Below, piece by piece: positions 24,991 through 36,449 of a DNA stretch of 64,000 bases. The notes beneath the pieces were generated by a model. That model had not been told where the DNA came from, ran no database searches, and was given only the letters and a program-made list of their open reading frames with translations. The stretch covers positions 992,001 through 1,056,000 of the forward strand of contig JAUPSS010000002.1 in assembly GCA_040285825.1 (NCBI GenBank), read 5' to 3'. This stretch comes from Eukaryota sp. TZLM1-RC (lineage: Eukaryota; Protista; Metamonada: BaSk clade). The position numbers and the translations under genes are program-made. Positions within the stretch are counted from its first letter, which is position 1. Each line of letters opens with the position of its first letter.

Positions 24991-25686
24991 TTGAATATAA
25001 ACTTGTAAGGAAACCATTTTTGAATTCATTTTCCACTTGACCTTTTTCCACCTTTGTTCAAGTTCTATCCTTTCTCTTCTCCACTAAATCAAAAAATAAA
25101 TTATGAATAGTATAATTGCTGACGACTTCAAACTTCAACTATAAGTGTACCATTTTTGGTGTAGACATTACCGTGACTCTTAACAATGGCGCTCTACCAT
25201 TGAAAAACCCTCCTTTGATTTCCGAAATTGGAAAAAGCCAAAAGCCATTCTGAATTGTGTGTAGCACAGGGAACAAGTATAATTGATTGGTTTCCACGGC
25301 AGTGACGAAGGATTGTACAAACTCAGTAATGGTACAGGAACAGGAACAATAAAGTTAATGTGGTTTCTGTTGCAGTGCTCAACAGAAAAGCTCAATTAGA
25401 ATACAAATATTAAATTTAAACAACTGGCAGGTCACCATGCGTTATTTAATGTTATTCAACAGCTAACATTTTAATGCTTTTGACCCTTGGGCATAATTCT
25501 TTTTGGTATATTAACGGTTTTTTGTTCTTTGACTTTTTTACACTTTTATCAACTACACCAGAGCGTCCTCATTTGGTAATTGTACAATTCAGTGATTGAT
25601 TGAGTAATGTTTGATGGAAATTTCGAAATAAGATCGGTCTACTATTCGCCAGTAGACAACATTAAATTTCTTGCCTCACCCCAAAC

Positions 25687-28600
25687 ATGTCACCAACCTC
25701 TCCTGATGAGCGCAATTGTCGGGTTCGTGTTGCATTTGAAACTACTTCTTCTCGTGTCAAAGGTGTAGCCTTTCATTCTACTCTTCCTTGGGTACTTTCT
25801 TCTCTTCACAATGGTACTATTCAGCTTTGGGATTTCCGTGCAGGTACTCTGTTGGATCAATTTCATGGTCATGAAGGTCCAGTCAGAGGTATAGCTTTTC
25901 ACCCCGATCAACCCCTTTTTGCTTCTGGGGGAGACGACAAAACCATCCGATTATGGAATCTACACACTCGATCTTGTTTCGCCACCATTACCAAACACAG
26001 TGACTACATCCGATACCTTCAGTTCCATCGTACACAACCATGGTTACTCTCTGCTTCAGACGACCAAACTGTTCGCATTTTCAACTTCCAGAGCAGAAAA
26101 ACTGTTGCTGTTCTGCAAGGCCATTCTCACTACGTCATGTCAGCAGCTTTTCATCCATCCAAACCACTTGTTGCTTCAGCTTCTTTAGACGCGACCATTC
26201 GTATATGGGATATAAGCCATTTGCTGGACCGCCAAACCTCTCCCACTGCAAGCAAAAGTTATGGACCTATTTCTGCAGTAAGTGATAGAGAAGGAGGCTT
26301 TCTTTCTGTTTATGGTACCTCTATTAAATTTTTATTAGAAGGGCATGAACTTGGAGTTAATGCCGTCGCTTGGCATCCAACTGATGACGTGATTGTTTCC
26401 GGTGGTGATGATAAAACTCTTAGAATATGGAAATTGGAAAGTGATCACGTGTTTCAAATGGGGTGCTTACGTGGACATTCTAATAACATTTCAGCCGTTC
26501 AATTCCACCCTTCAAACCCAGCATTGTTGTTATCCAACTCTGAGGATCGGTCATTAAGGGTCTGGAATTGGGCAGAAAGATCCTGTTTATTGGCCTACAA
26601 ATTTGAACCTTCCCCTCAAACTCAGTCCAGTGTTACTGGCACAAGGTTTTGGTCTTTATCTGGTTCAATTAGACATGGTTTGATAGCTGCTGGTCATGAC
26701 AAGGGCTTTATAGTGTTTAGGTTAAGAAGATCAAGAGTTGCTGCTTCTTATTTCCCTTATTTTAACGGGATCTGTTATTTGGATGAGGAGAATTTGGCTC
26801 TGACTAAACTTGATGATGGTTCTCTTGGTTCTCTTTGTGATGGATTTCTTGCAAAATCTTGTCCATCTGACTGTGATATCTCGAGTATTGAACCCTCGCC
26901 ACGTGGCCAATACGTGATGGTTTCCCTTCGCAAAAGGGATGGTTCATTCCACTTTTCTGTTGAAGAAGTCGGCAATAATAGGTCTAGTCGTGTTTATCCA
27001 ATTACTTTTGGTAATGGTAAATGGACTTCAAGAGACCGGTTAGTCGCTTTATCTGATTGTAAATTGAGTTTAATTGATGTTTCTAATAAAGAAATTGTCG
27101 ATTTATCTCCTCCAGAATCAGGTTTTGGGAGCTTGGCTGAGGCTAAGTTATTGAATGCTCCTCAGGGACATTTCCTTCTTGCTTTTAATGATTCAGTTCG
27201 TTTGTTCAGAATTAAAACCACTGCTGAAGTTATTTCTTGCTCTCTAGTTGGTGAAGTTTCTGCATCTAATGTTCGTGATGCCTTTTGGAACCAAGATCAC
27301 TCCAAGGTTTCTTTATGTGCTAGACATGGTGTTTCTATTGCTGAATTTAATTCCCAATCATTTTATAGGGTGGCATTCAATTTTGAATGGATCTCTATCC
27401 ACACGTCGACCGCTGTGTGGATTCCCTTATTAATAAGTGGAATTAATGAGCCTATTGGTGATGTCTTTGTGTATTCTTCTCACCGCCAAGTCAAATTCCT
27501 TCTTCCAAATGGAGATTCTGGTGTCTTGGTTGCTCCCGAAGCTGCAGAATCGGCTCCTGTTGGTTATATGACTCTGAATAATAGAATTTCTTTACTTTTG
27601 GCTGCGGAATCTGGTTTAATTTCTCAGGAAATTGATTTGTTATTGCCACTTATCTCGCAAGTGGGATCTTTAGCTGTCAAGAGTCTGTCTGTTGACTATT
27701 CTTCTAATCCTGTAGAAGCAGGTTACCTTGCATCACTCATTGCCAGCAGTCCTTTATCAGAACGAAGTGATTTACCTTTAACTTCTCTTGCTGATAGGTT
27801 GGAAAATTTGGGACTTTCTGGAGTTGCTCTGGCCAGTATTTTGATTCAATTCTCTTCTCAAACCAAACCTTTTGATGTCAATAACCCTGAATTACCAGAG
27901 AATTTAGGTCAATCAATTTTGTCAAGAATTCTAAGGACTTCTCTTAATTGTGGTCAGTTAAAAGTGGCAGCCAAGTGTGTAGAAAAGAGTATTTTTGATT
28001 TGGATTTAGTTACAAATTCAGCTATTAAATTTGGGCAGATAAGTACCGCTTTTGAATTACTTGAAAAAGATGAACGTAAAGAAGCAAAATCAGCTGTCAA
28101 GAGTGCTTTTTTGAGCTCTCTTTGTGGTGATTACGATAGAATTAATTCAATTCAATCAAATTTGATTGATTCTGCTGTTGATTCAATTTCTGATCAATCT
28201 GATGATGCTAAAGAACTTTCAGATGCAGCTTTATTTACTAGTCTTTTGTCTCCCAATGTAGACAACATGACAAAGTTACTAAATTCATTAGGATTTGAGA
28301 AGTTAGCCGATCATTTTGAGCAAAATCAATCTTCTAATCAGTTCTGTAGACCTCTCGAGAAAGTCACATCAATAGACACGTGTTCTGATTGGCCTAGGTT
28401 AGGGATTTCTCTCAATATTTTTGATGGTGTTCCTCCAAAACCTGTTCTTGCTAAAGAAATTACAAAGTTACAACCCCAAACTACTGGTGCTTGGGACTTG
28501 GAATTTGAATTTGAAGAACCAAAACCAGAAGCTCTAGGTCCCAGTGCATGGGAATCTGATCTTTCTGATTTAGAGTTGGAGCTACCTCCCCCTTCCGTGA

Positions 28601-29406
28601 CGTCACCAGCTCAAATTCCACGTGTTGGCGGGTCAAAATTGGTCAGATTTGAAGAAATTGGTGGACCTTTGGCTGCTTACTCTGGTAGTGATAAGGGAAT
28701 TTCTATTGCTGCTCAACATTTATCTCCAATTTTAAAGGATTTAGAAGAATTAAAATCGTTTATTTCGGGAATTGGTACTTTTGGTTTTTTTAAATTATCT
28801 ATTGGAAATCTTCCTGCTCTCAATTTTGAAGTTCCACTTTCTGTAACTGTTTTGAAATCTAATATTAACCAAAAACTGTCTAATTTATTAGTTAAAGGAA
28901 AAGATCTTGTCACTCAAGGTTCTCAATTGGAATTGGCAAGGGAGTTATTCTTACAAGGTTTTAAATGCTGTTCAGTTATTCCTGATAGTGAGATTAAAAC
29001 TGAATTTATCAATTATTTTATTGCTATTTCAGCTGAATTAGAACGACGGTCTGTGATGGGATCTGTTTCAGAGTCCTTTGGAATTACAAAAATCCTGGAG
29101 TTGGCGATTATATTTGCTAAAACCAACTTGGATGATAACCATAAACTTTTAGCTTATATTTCTGCAATGAAGTTAAGTTTTAAGTTTGAAAATTTAATTG
29201 ATGCCAGATTTTTTGCCCAAGAACTTTCTGATATGGGTTATGTAAAAGCTAATCAAGTTTTAAATAAACTTTCACAGCGAGCTTCCCTACAACCTCTATT
29301 AAATGCTCATGATTTAAGAATTCTTCCAAGGGACCGATTTGTTCTTTCAGATTCAGATTTGTTAAAGGTTTTGTCTAGTGGTTCCGTTTTGTCAATCTTG
29401 GATTAA
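25687..29406 (+). CDS. COPA: coatomer subunit alpha
   Basis: FETTSSRVKGVAFH..PWVLSSLHNGTIQLWD...HEGPVRGIAFHPDQPLFASGGDD is diagnostic for alpha-COP. 1239 aa. Confidence 0.95.
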   Translation: MSPTSPDERNCRVRVAFETTSSRVKGVAFHSTLPWVLSSLHNGTIQLWDFRAGTLLDQFHGHEGPVRGIAFHPDQPLFASGGDDKTIRLWNLHTRSCFATITKHSDYIRYLQFHRTQPWLLSASDDQTVRIFNFQSRKTVAVLQGHSHYVMSAAFHPSKPLVASASLDATIRIWDISHLLDRQTSPTASKSYGPISAVSDREGGFLSVYGTSIKFLLEGHELGVNAVAWHPTDDVIVSGGDDKTLRIWKLESDHVFQMGCLRGHSNNISAVQFHPSNPALLLSNSEDRSLRVWNWAERSCLLAYKFEPSPQTQSSVTGTRFWSLSGSIRHGLIAAGHDKGFIVFRLRRSRVAASYFPYFNGICYLDEENLALTKLDDGSLGSLCDGFLAKSCPSDCDISSIEPSPRGQYVMVSLRKRDGSFHFSVEEVGNNRSSRVYPITFGNGKWTSRDRLVALSDCKLSLIDVSNKEIVDLSPPESGFGSLAEAKLLNAPQGHFLLAFNDSVRLFRIKTTAEVISCSLVGEVSASNVRDAFWNQDHSKVSLCARHGVSIAEFNSQSFYRVAFNFEWISIHTSTAVWIPLLISGINEPIGDVFVYSSHRQVKFLLPNGDSGVLVAPEAAESAPVGYMTLNNRISLLLAAESGLISQEIDLLLPLISQVGSLAVKSLSVDYSSNPVEAGYLASLIASSPLSERSDLPLTSLADRLENLGLSGVALASILIQFSSQTKPFDVNNPELPENLGQSILSRILRTSLNCGQLKVAAKCVEKSIFDLDLVTNSAIKFGQISTAFELLEKDERKEAKSAVKSAFLSSLCGDYDRINSIQSNLIDSAVDSISDQSDDAKELSDAALFTSLLSPNVDNMTKLLNSLGFEKLADHFEQNQSSNQFCRPLEKVTSIDTCSDWPRLGISLNIFDGVPPKPVLAKEITKLQPQTTGAWDLEFEFEEPKPEALGPSAWESDLSDLELELPPPSVTSPAQIPRVGGSKLVRFEEIGGPLAAYSGSDKGISIAAQHLSPILKDLEELKSFISGIGTFGFFKLSIGNLPALNFEVPLSVTVLKSNINQKLSNLLVKGKDLVTQGSQLELARELFLQGFKCCSVIPDSEIKTEFINYFIAISAELERRSVMGSVSESFGITKILELAIIFAKTNLDDNHKLLAYISAMKLSFKFENLIDARFFAQELSDMGYVKANQVLNKLSQRASLQPLLNAHDLRILPRDRFVLSDSDLLKVLSSGSVLSILD

Positions 29407-29500
29407 ATAGTGTATTTTGTCTTGTGACTTTGTAGATTTTTTGATAAATGATTATAAATGATTTAATTTAATGACTAAATAATACTAAAATTCACATCAA

Positions 29501-30700
29501 CTACTCCATCACCTCATTTTCATCTTCTTCATCAGGTATGCTTCCCGGAGCAAAAACTAGTATGTTGCCATCATCAGCTCCTACAACCAAAACATTTGAT
29601 GGACCAAAACAATGGGTCAATATTGGGGAATTGTGACCATCAATACTGGTTATGAGACAGCCTTTGCCCAAATCAACAACAGCAATAGAGCCAGATACCA
29701 GCATGGCGTAAGCACAGGCAATACCATCAAACAGTCCAACGGAACAACCAGTGGCTGCTGCTCCCAGATTGAGTTGAAACCGGACTGAGTTATGTTTAAC
29801 ATCGAACAACAGAAGAGTTTCGTCAGTTGAAGCACTCAATAACCAACTTCCTTGCTGAACGAAATGAAGAGATTCGACAGAGTCAGCATGAACTTTCTGA
29901 CAATGCAACCTTCGGAGTTGACCATCCACCATCTTAAACAATGAAACCATCCCCACCTCATCACCAATCGCAATCATTTTGGACTGGTCATGAACAGTAA
30001 GGCATGTAACAACTAGGTCTGTACCCGTGCTTCGAGGATCAGCGACAGTGCCAGGGTTCATTCTGGCTAAACAAGAGGCATCACGAGGGGAAAAGAGAGC
30101 AAGGGCACCATTTTCATGACCAGTGACGACAAGTTTACCGTTATTTGCCCATAATAGACTGGTTACCTCTCCATCAGGCCCAGCAAAGACTCTTGAGCAT
30201 GTTCCTTGAGGAATTGCATACATAAATGCAGTGGGCCCTGATCCAACTAATAGAAAATTACCCTTTGGATGCCATTGAAGACTGAGTAAAGTGTCACCAA
30301 AATCATTAAGTTCACATACAGGATCAGGTACTGTTTGCTTATCTGGAAGGGATGCAGAATGCACCAGGGCTTCTACTGACCAAACCTTGACAACTCCATC
30401 TAAAGAACCAACAGCCAAGTAAGTCGAATCTGTGGAGAATTCACAAGCAACAACTGAATCATTGAATTCTGATAACTGTGCAAGAGAAGTGCCTGAAAAG
30501 ACATCCCATAGAAACGCACAGTCGTCCCCTGCACCTGATGCTATTAAACCATGAAATTGTCCTTCTGGAGCAGATGCTAGAGAATATATAGAACTAGAGT
30601 GTTGAGAGAAGAGTTGTACAGCATCATTTGCCTCAATCACCTCGATATCATCATTGAATTCAACTTCTACATCTTCAGTTGGAGGTGGAGTGGTAGACAT
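29501..30700 (-). CDS. WD40 protein, AAMP/Sqt1-like ribosome assembly chaperone
   Basis: Acidic N-terminus, ASGAGDDCAFLW, DSVVACEFSTDSTYLAVGSLDG, WHPKGNFLLVGS, HADSVESL. Confidence 0.75.
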   Translation of the reverse strand: MSTTPPPTEDVEVEFNDDIEVIEANDAVQLFSQHSSSIYSLASAPEGQFHGLIASGAGDDCAFLWDVFSGTSLAQLSEFNDSVVACEFSTDSTYLAVGSLDGVVKVWSVEALVHSASLPDKQTVPDPVCELNDFGDTLLSLQWHPKGNFLLVGSGPTAFMYAIPQGTCSRVFAGPDGEVTSLLWANNGKLVVTGHENGALALFSPRDASCLARMNPGTVADPRSTGTDLVVTCLTVHDQSKMIAIGDEVGMVSLFKMVDGQLRRLHCQKVHADSVESLHFVQQGSWLLSASTDETLLLFDVKHNSVRFQLNLGAAATGCSVGLFDGIACAYAMLVSGSIAVVDLGKGCLITSIDGHNSPILTHCFGPSNVLVVGADDGNILVFAPGSIPDEEDENEVME

Positions 30701-30744
30701 CAGCTAATAGCACAAAAATGTCAAATAGTAGTAACCCGTTGAGA

Positions 30745-32170
30745 TTACTGGAATATGAAGATGAAATGAATCATATCAAAAACAGCATTGACACTACGAT
30801 TCCATGGATATCCACACTTCTTGCAAGTGAGTATTTCATGTCTGAAGATCGTCGGAGTCTTTGCTCTCCTGTAAGATCTTGGGTTAGGTACTCTATGTTT
30901 CTTTACATTTTCACCTTCTTTTGCCTCGAGTACACATGCATGACTTCGACAACTTGTTCTATATCTATCCAGTAGCAAACGTAAGTTGCGTTTTTCAAAC
31001 ATCTTTCGATATCCAACAATTTTTTATACATACTTGATGCCTAAATTTGATTTGATTCCAATCACTCATCACTACAATGTTGTTTTCTGGACCTCGAAAC
31101 TTATTTTCAATTTCATTCATCCATTATGCTTCAAACCTCTCTGTGGCCATGAATCTTTACAGTTTCATGACTCTCAATTCTTTATTAAAGTGAAAAGCTC
31201 CACATGGAGAGAACAGTTGTTTTTTGCCTTGCAGTAGTATAGGATTTCTTCATGATCCAGGGTTTTCTTTGAAAATTGTTTTAATTCTTCTTCCCATTTC
31301 TTTACAATTTCGTTTTGATAAATTCATGATTTTTTAGCATCCTTACAGAATTTTTGTTGGTCTTTGTTGACAGTTTCTCTTCTTCTTTGAGGAGCAGTTA
31401 GTCTCTTAAAAGCAAATTCCTTTAGTTTTGTTTTTTGGTTTTCATTCGCAGTAGGAGGATTTTGTTTTGGGCCGAAGTCTTTAATCTTTTGTTTTTTGGT
31501 TTTTTTTTCATTCTGTTAATAAAGCCTCTATTTCGTCCTTTGTTTTCTTCATGACGCCATTCCAATCATGAACCTGTTGGGGTTAAGTGTGATTTTGTTA
31601 TCCTGTTTGGGATTTGGGCAATATAATTTTCGTTTCCCAACTATCATTTGGTCCATAATGCTAAGGCCAATTACTGTAAAGGTATTGTCAATCAGCTCAT
31701 CTCCTGGAACTTCAGTGAAGTGCGGACCCTTTTCACCTTTTTCTAGCTTCTGTAGACGACTCATCCTAGCGTTATTCTCTCTTATGAGATGTAAGGAGCA
31801 ACTGACAGCATCAATTTTTATGGAAAAATTGAAACAACAATCTTTCTGCTTGAAAGCTCTTTTACCTGTTCAAAAAATCCATTTCCAATATTGATGTCGG
31901 AATTTGTCATTATTTCCTCCAAGAAGAGCTTCAGCATTTTTCAGGTAATTGAATACATTAGGGATCAGAATTTTGTAAATTACCAGAAAGCATATTCATA
32001 TAATTAGAGTCTGAAATGGAAATAAATTCTCCTTAATTGGATTTGGCTTTGGCAATTCCAACTAGCAATTAGCGCTACATAGGTATGAACAAGTGCCTAA
32101 CAATTTCAGAGGGCCATCCATTAAAATACAATTAATTCTTTGGATAAACCGCAAATTCACATTGGGCAAA
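30745..32170 (-). pseudogene. Fanzor1 remnant, 5'-truncated
   Basis: NLFPFQTLII; YWKWIF..FKQKDCCFNFSIKIDAVSCSL; degenerate RuvC-I region FTVIG; QRRRETVNK; LLDRYRTSCRSHAC...HEILTCKKCGYPWNRSVNA. Catalytic Glu and last Asp are substituted. Confidence 0.8.
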
Positions 32171-32224
32171 TTTAAGTGTAAACTATGAAATAAATATAAG
32201 GTTTTTGCCAACAATAACTGTTTC

Positions 32225-32470
32225 AAACTCTAAATATAATGATTTACTTGTACGTTTGAACAAAAAGCGTGACAGAAACATTGATTTTGTTTCATTTGGA
32301 ATTTCTATCTGTGGTACTTTAGACAAAGAAGGACTATTTTTCCTGAATAATTTAGGCAGTTTCTTGAAAGACTCTGGACGTTCCTTTGATCAATCTAGTA
32401 GGAAGAACAGAATTGTTTTCTCGCTCTTTAAGGCTCTACCACGTTATTTTAACTCAATACTTTCTACTAG
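32225..32470 (+). mobile_element. CRE-clade retrotransposon 3' fragment (family D)
   Basis: KYNDLLVRLNK..FVSFGISICG...KNRIVFSLFKALPRY aligns with KYTEILNDLNK..FVPFAFSIFG...KNRIIFALYRSVPKY of the 56937 ORF. Confidence 0.8.
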
Positions 32471-32589
32471 CACAGAGTTCCAAAGTAGCTGTGCTCATGA
32501 ACCTGTAAACAATGCCTATATTGGTGGGGGTCCAAATATGTTGGAAACCTCAATCACAAATGAACGATCTATCATAAATATTGCAATTG

Positions 32590-33150
32590 CAGCCATAATC
32601 TTTAAGTCAGGACTGAATATTTTATCTTTCCTAGAAGATAACTGCCCTGAGGTTATGAAAAAACTCTCTCTCCTTTATCCAGTTAATCTCCATGCTTTTA
32701 CAGTTTGGATAAAAAGCCGAATTGTATTTCACAAAGCTAAATGAAACCAAGGAGCTCCAGAACAACCCTTATCGGTTTTTTACCAAATCTAAATTTATTA
32801 ACAACACCATTTTTTCAAATGGTGATTCATCTCATCAAGCTGTGAAATCCCCCAGAAAGAGATTTCTCAAACAAATCCAAAAACACTTTGAAAACGTCAA
32901 AGTGGGGGACGAGTTCATGACCTCAGCAAAAGTGAATTGCTCTAAGGTCTTCCATAGGAAGATATATCATGATGACGGAAGGGTAAAAAAAGCTGAGTTC
33001 GATTGCCCTCGAAGTCAGACCAACTGGTCTAGGGACATCTCAGCCTCCAGAAATCAGCTGGAGATTGCAATCAGTGAGTATTTCACTTATACTAGGCCAG
33101 AACCATTCCGAAGACCAAGGTGTGTAAGACGTCTAAGGAGACAGCAGTAG
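32590..33150 (+). pseudogene. internally deleted Fanzor related to 53662-55573
   Basis: FKSGLNILSFLEDN and NPYRFFTKSKF match the 54569-55573 ORF, then jump to VKSPRKRFLKQIQKHF..GDEFMTSAKVNC...WSRDISASRNQLEIAISEY. Confidence 0.85.
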
Positions 33151-33225
33151 CTGTTTTAATCAACGTATTTCCAAGGTGTTTAGTGTATACTAACCCTTGG
33201 TGCTGAGAAGTTTACATCAGTGCTG
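33151..33225 (+). ncRNA. candidate Fanzor omegaRNA scaffold / right-end hairpins
   Basis: Directly after the Fanzor stop: stem CCAAGG-G-TTAG/CTAA-C-CCTTGG (33171-33200) and TGCTGA/TCAGTG (33201-33222). Function inferred from position only. Confidence 0.35.
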
Positions 33226-33287
33226 GCGATATTTATTCAATATCCCCATGATTTGAAATTCTGAGTGTCATTATTGCCAACCTTCAA

Positions 33288-33851
33288 ATGGGCATTGTCT
33301 TCTCTAAAGTATTCTCACGCCTCTTCTCCAAGGAACAACTTCAGTTCCTCATGGTTGGTCTTGATGCTGCTGGTAAATCCACTGTTCTGTTTCGACTTCG
33401 TGACAATGAGACTTATGATACTCTTCCCACAATAGGTTTTAACGTTGAGGACATTCGTTTCCGAAACCTTACTTTCACATTGTATGATGTGGGTGGCCAG
33501 GATAAAATAAGACCTCTTTGGCGACATTACTTTGCTCGTACTGAAGCTGTTATTTTTGTTGTTGATTCTTCTGATGAAGCCAGACTTCCTGACGCCAAAG
33601 CTGAACTTCACCGCATGATGGAGGAGTCTGCTCTCTCAGATGTTACCGTACTAGTACTTGCCAATAAGCAGGATCTTCCTAGTGCTCTTGGAGTAGACGA
33701 AATCTCCTCTAAGCTGGGACTAGATGATTTGCGTGGTCATTCTTGGCATATTTGTGGAACATGTGCTACTAAGGGTGAAGGACTTACAGATGCTTTTGAA
33801 TGGCTTGTCACACAGATAGAACAAAAGCAGCAGGAACGGAGGAGGCGTTAG
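33288..33851 (+). CDS. ARF: ADP-ribosylation factor family GTPase
   Basis: MG myristoylation start, GLDAAGKST, PTIGFNVE, DVGGQDKIRPLWRHY, NKQD, CAT. Confidence 0.95.
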   Translation: MGIVFSKVFSRLFSKEQLQFLMVGLDAAGKSTVLFRLRDNETYDTLPTIGFNVEDIRFRNLTFTLYDVGGQDKIRPLWRHYFARTEAVIFVVDSSDEARLPDAKAELHRMMEESALSDVTVLVLANKQDLPSALGVDEISSKLGLDDLRGHSWHICGTCATKGEGLTDAFEWLVTQIEQKQQERRRR

Positions 33852-34382
33852 CAGTTGTAAATGTAATAAATGGCTTTAATTAAGTCTTATTGTTTTTAAT
33901 TTTATTATGTTGTGTTAATTGTTAACACATGTCTTCGTAAACAGTAGTTTTAGCTGTTAAAAATTAAAAGGTTGCAAACAGGTGAGTTGACCAGAATTAT
34001 AGTTTATTGGACGAAATTCAGTGTCATTAAAAGACTAATTTTTAATCCATACTAATTGGTAATTACAACGTTTATTGTAGAAATAACTTCTTCATCATAC
34101 TTTGTTTCAATTGTGCCTTTGGTATAATACACAATGTCAATGACATTGATTGTTGGGGTGAGTTGCTGTCAATGACTACTGATAAAATGATAAATTCTTT
34201 TGAGTAGTTTACTCTGTTGTTTGAAGTAAATGTTTAAAATGACCAGAATCTATCTGAAAAACAACAATCAACTTCATTTGATAAGTGTAAGTATACTTTC
34301 ACTGTGCACGCTACACGTGGTTCTACACTTGTTTCTTGTGCATGTGTTTACAGTCAGTTATGCAGAGATAATTTCATCCCCT

Positions 34383-34865
34383 ATGGACAAGGTAGCTGTT
34401 TACAATAACTTTAAAGGAGTCACATTCTATGACCTTTCTTGTTATTTTGAAGACCCTCTACAACGCAACTTTCTCATCGAAAAGGCCTTGAATATATTAC
34501 GCCCAAAGCAACTTAATGCAGTAGCAGCAATCGACTCAAGAGGCTACATTTATGGTGGTATCCTAGCTGATAGACTTGAAATACCGCTAATACTTATCCG
34601 TAAGGGAGGAAAATTACCATCACATGTAGTACACTCGGAGAAGTGTAAAACAGAGTATTCAGATAGTGTTCTTGAGGTACGAAAAGCTAGTGTGTGTCAA
34701 GATATGAGAGTAGTGATTTTCGATGACGTTTACGCTTCAGGAGGGTCTATGAATGCTGCAGAACGATTACTTACGCAGTGTAATGCGACTGTCGCTTGTA
34801 AGATGGTGATACTCAACATCAGTGAGAATGACTCAGTTGAATCCCTTATTCAGTTTAAAGGTTAG
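34383..34865 (+). CDS. APRT: adenine phosphoribosyltransferase
   Basis: FKGVTFYD, AIDSRGYIYG, IRKGGKLP, TEY, PRPP-binding loop VVIFDDVYASGGS. Start taken as MDKV at 34383. Confidence 0.9.
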   Translation: MDKVAVYNNFKGVTFYDLSCYFEDPLQRNFLIEKALNILRPKQLNAVAAIDSRGYIYGGILADRLEIPLILIRKGGKLPSHVVHSEKCKTEYSDSVLEVRKASVCQDMRVVIFDDVYASGGSMNAAERLLTQCNATVACKMVILNISENDSVESLIQFKG

Positions 34866-35699
34866 ATGTAAAGAAAAAGATCTTATCTGTAGTGATTGTA
34901 ATAGTACCAAATTGTCTGTTTAATGACGTCCTGGAGCAGATTATCCGCAATTCACAAAAATGAGATGATCATTGAGGTCTGATCTGCGTAAAAATCAACG
35001 ATAATAATTACAATGCAATGCAACACAATACAATAGTACAAAATCTCAGATGGTGTAATTTCAATAAAAATAATATATGTAATATTAAATTTGACAAAAC
35101 GGGTATAGCTGTGATTTTCCCTATTATATTATATAATATACTATTATGATATTTTCCTTGTAATAGATGTCATGCAATGAAATAATCTTTCTTCCCATGT
35201 TTTAGTTCTTTAAGAACTAACACTCTTCCCTAGTTGCAATAATGAGCTGGAAACAGAATTAAACATTGCCTTAAGAAACACATTTCCGTTTCACTGGGGT
35301 GATCATTCAAATATTGTAACTGGTCGTATTTTGACAATGCAAATAGCATAGTATCAAGAAAACAGCTACTGTTCTCACTGCTCCAAATAATGAATATGCA
35401 AAAGGGAAAACGCAACTGGATATACGAGTTGCAATTTAAGTTGTTGATTTTTTGCTTTTTTTACTTTCTTCACTTCTTATATCTACAATCAATCAGTACC
35501 TGGAAAACACGTTGAAGCTAGGGAAATCGCAGGTATAGTGAGTTCGTTTGAATTTAGCACTGATTTAGCAGTCAAACTATACCTCAATTGGCTCAAAAGT
35601 ATCACTATCTTCACAGAAAAAAAAGTGAAATTGTGAGTATTTTCTTGAACTAAAACACTTAATAAAATAAAACCAGAACTAATGGGACTAAATTAAGAG

Positions 35700-36440
35700 A
35701 ATATATTATATTTGAATATCCCCATTAATCAACTATTATCAAAAGAAAAATGTAGTTGTTCGAATTCACCTCAACTCACTTTGCGCCATGTTCTGAATTG
35801 TTCTAAATGGGTAACTTATCGTTCTTCATTACATGATGCTGTTAGACACACTGTTTTCAATATGGCACAAACTGCAAGAATATCGTGTATCAAAGAGCCC
35901 CTGCTGAAGGAAACACTTTCTCTAAATAATTTTGGTTCTGATGATAGAGGTGATGTATACTGTGATTGGATTGATAATTCTGAAGCTATTGTTGACTTTG
36001 TCTCATGTAATGTAGCAAATGATACTTTGGTTCACAGAAGAAAACTTAATCCTGTGAGTGCTCTTGATGTTAAAGCAAAAGAAAAACATAGAAAATATGA
36101 TAAAGATATTGAAGAGGCTAATGCTGATAGAAACACACAGTTGGTAATTATTGCTTTCCCATTTTCGATAAATGGAAGATTATCAGATGAAGCAGAAACT
36201 TTTTTGAATGACTTCCAAAAAACGGTTCAAGAAAAAACAATGAAAAGATTTGATGTTTATTTATGGCGTTCACGGATTCAATTTGCCTATATTAATAGAT
36301 TAACTCGATTTTTCAATCGAGTAAGAGAAGCTTTAGCTAGACAGCAAGCAGATCAAGATTTTGTAGAGGAAATCTTGATTCAATGATAGTCGTCCCATTA
36401 GTGATGAGTTAATTTAATTAAGTGTGCAAATTCAAAAAAT
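35700..36440 (+). mobile_element. CRE family A 3' fragment (RLE domain)
   Basis: 224-aa ORF nearly identical to the C-terminus of the 23525-25051 ORF, plus the 3' UTR. Confidence 0.9.
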
Positions 36441-36449
36441 GTTTTATTA

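Noticed and set aside
35510-35580. tRNA-like segment
   Set aside because: No cloverleaf or proper T-loop. I found no tRNA or rRNA gene in the window.
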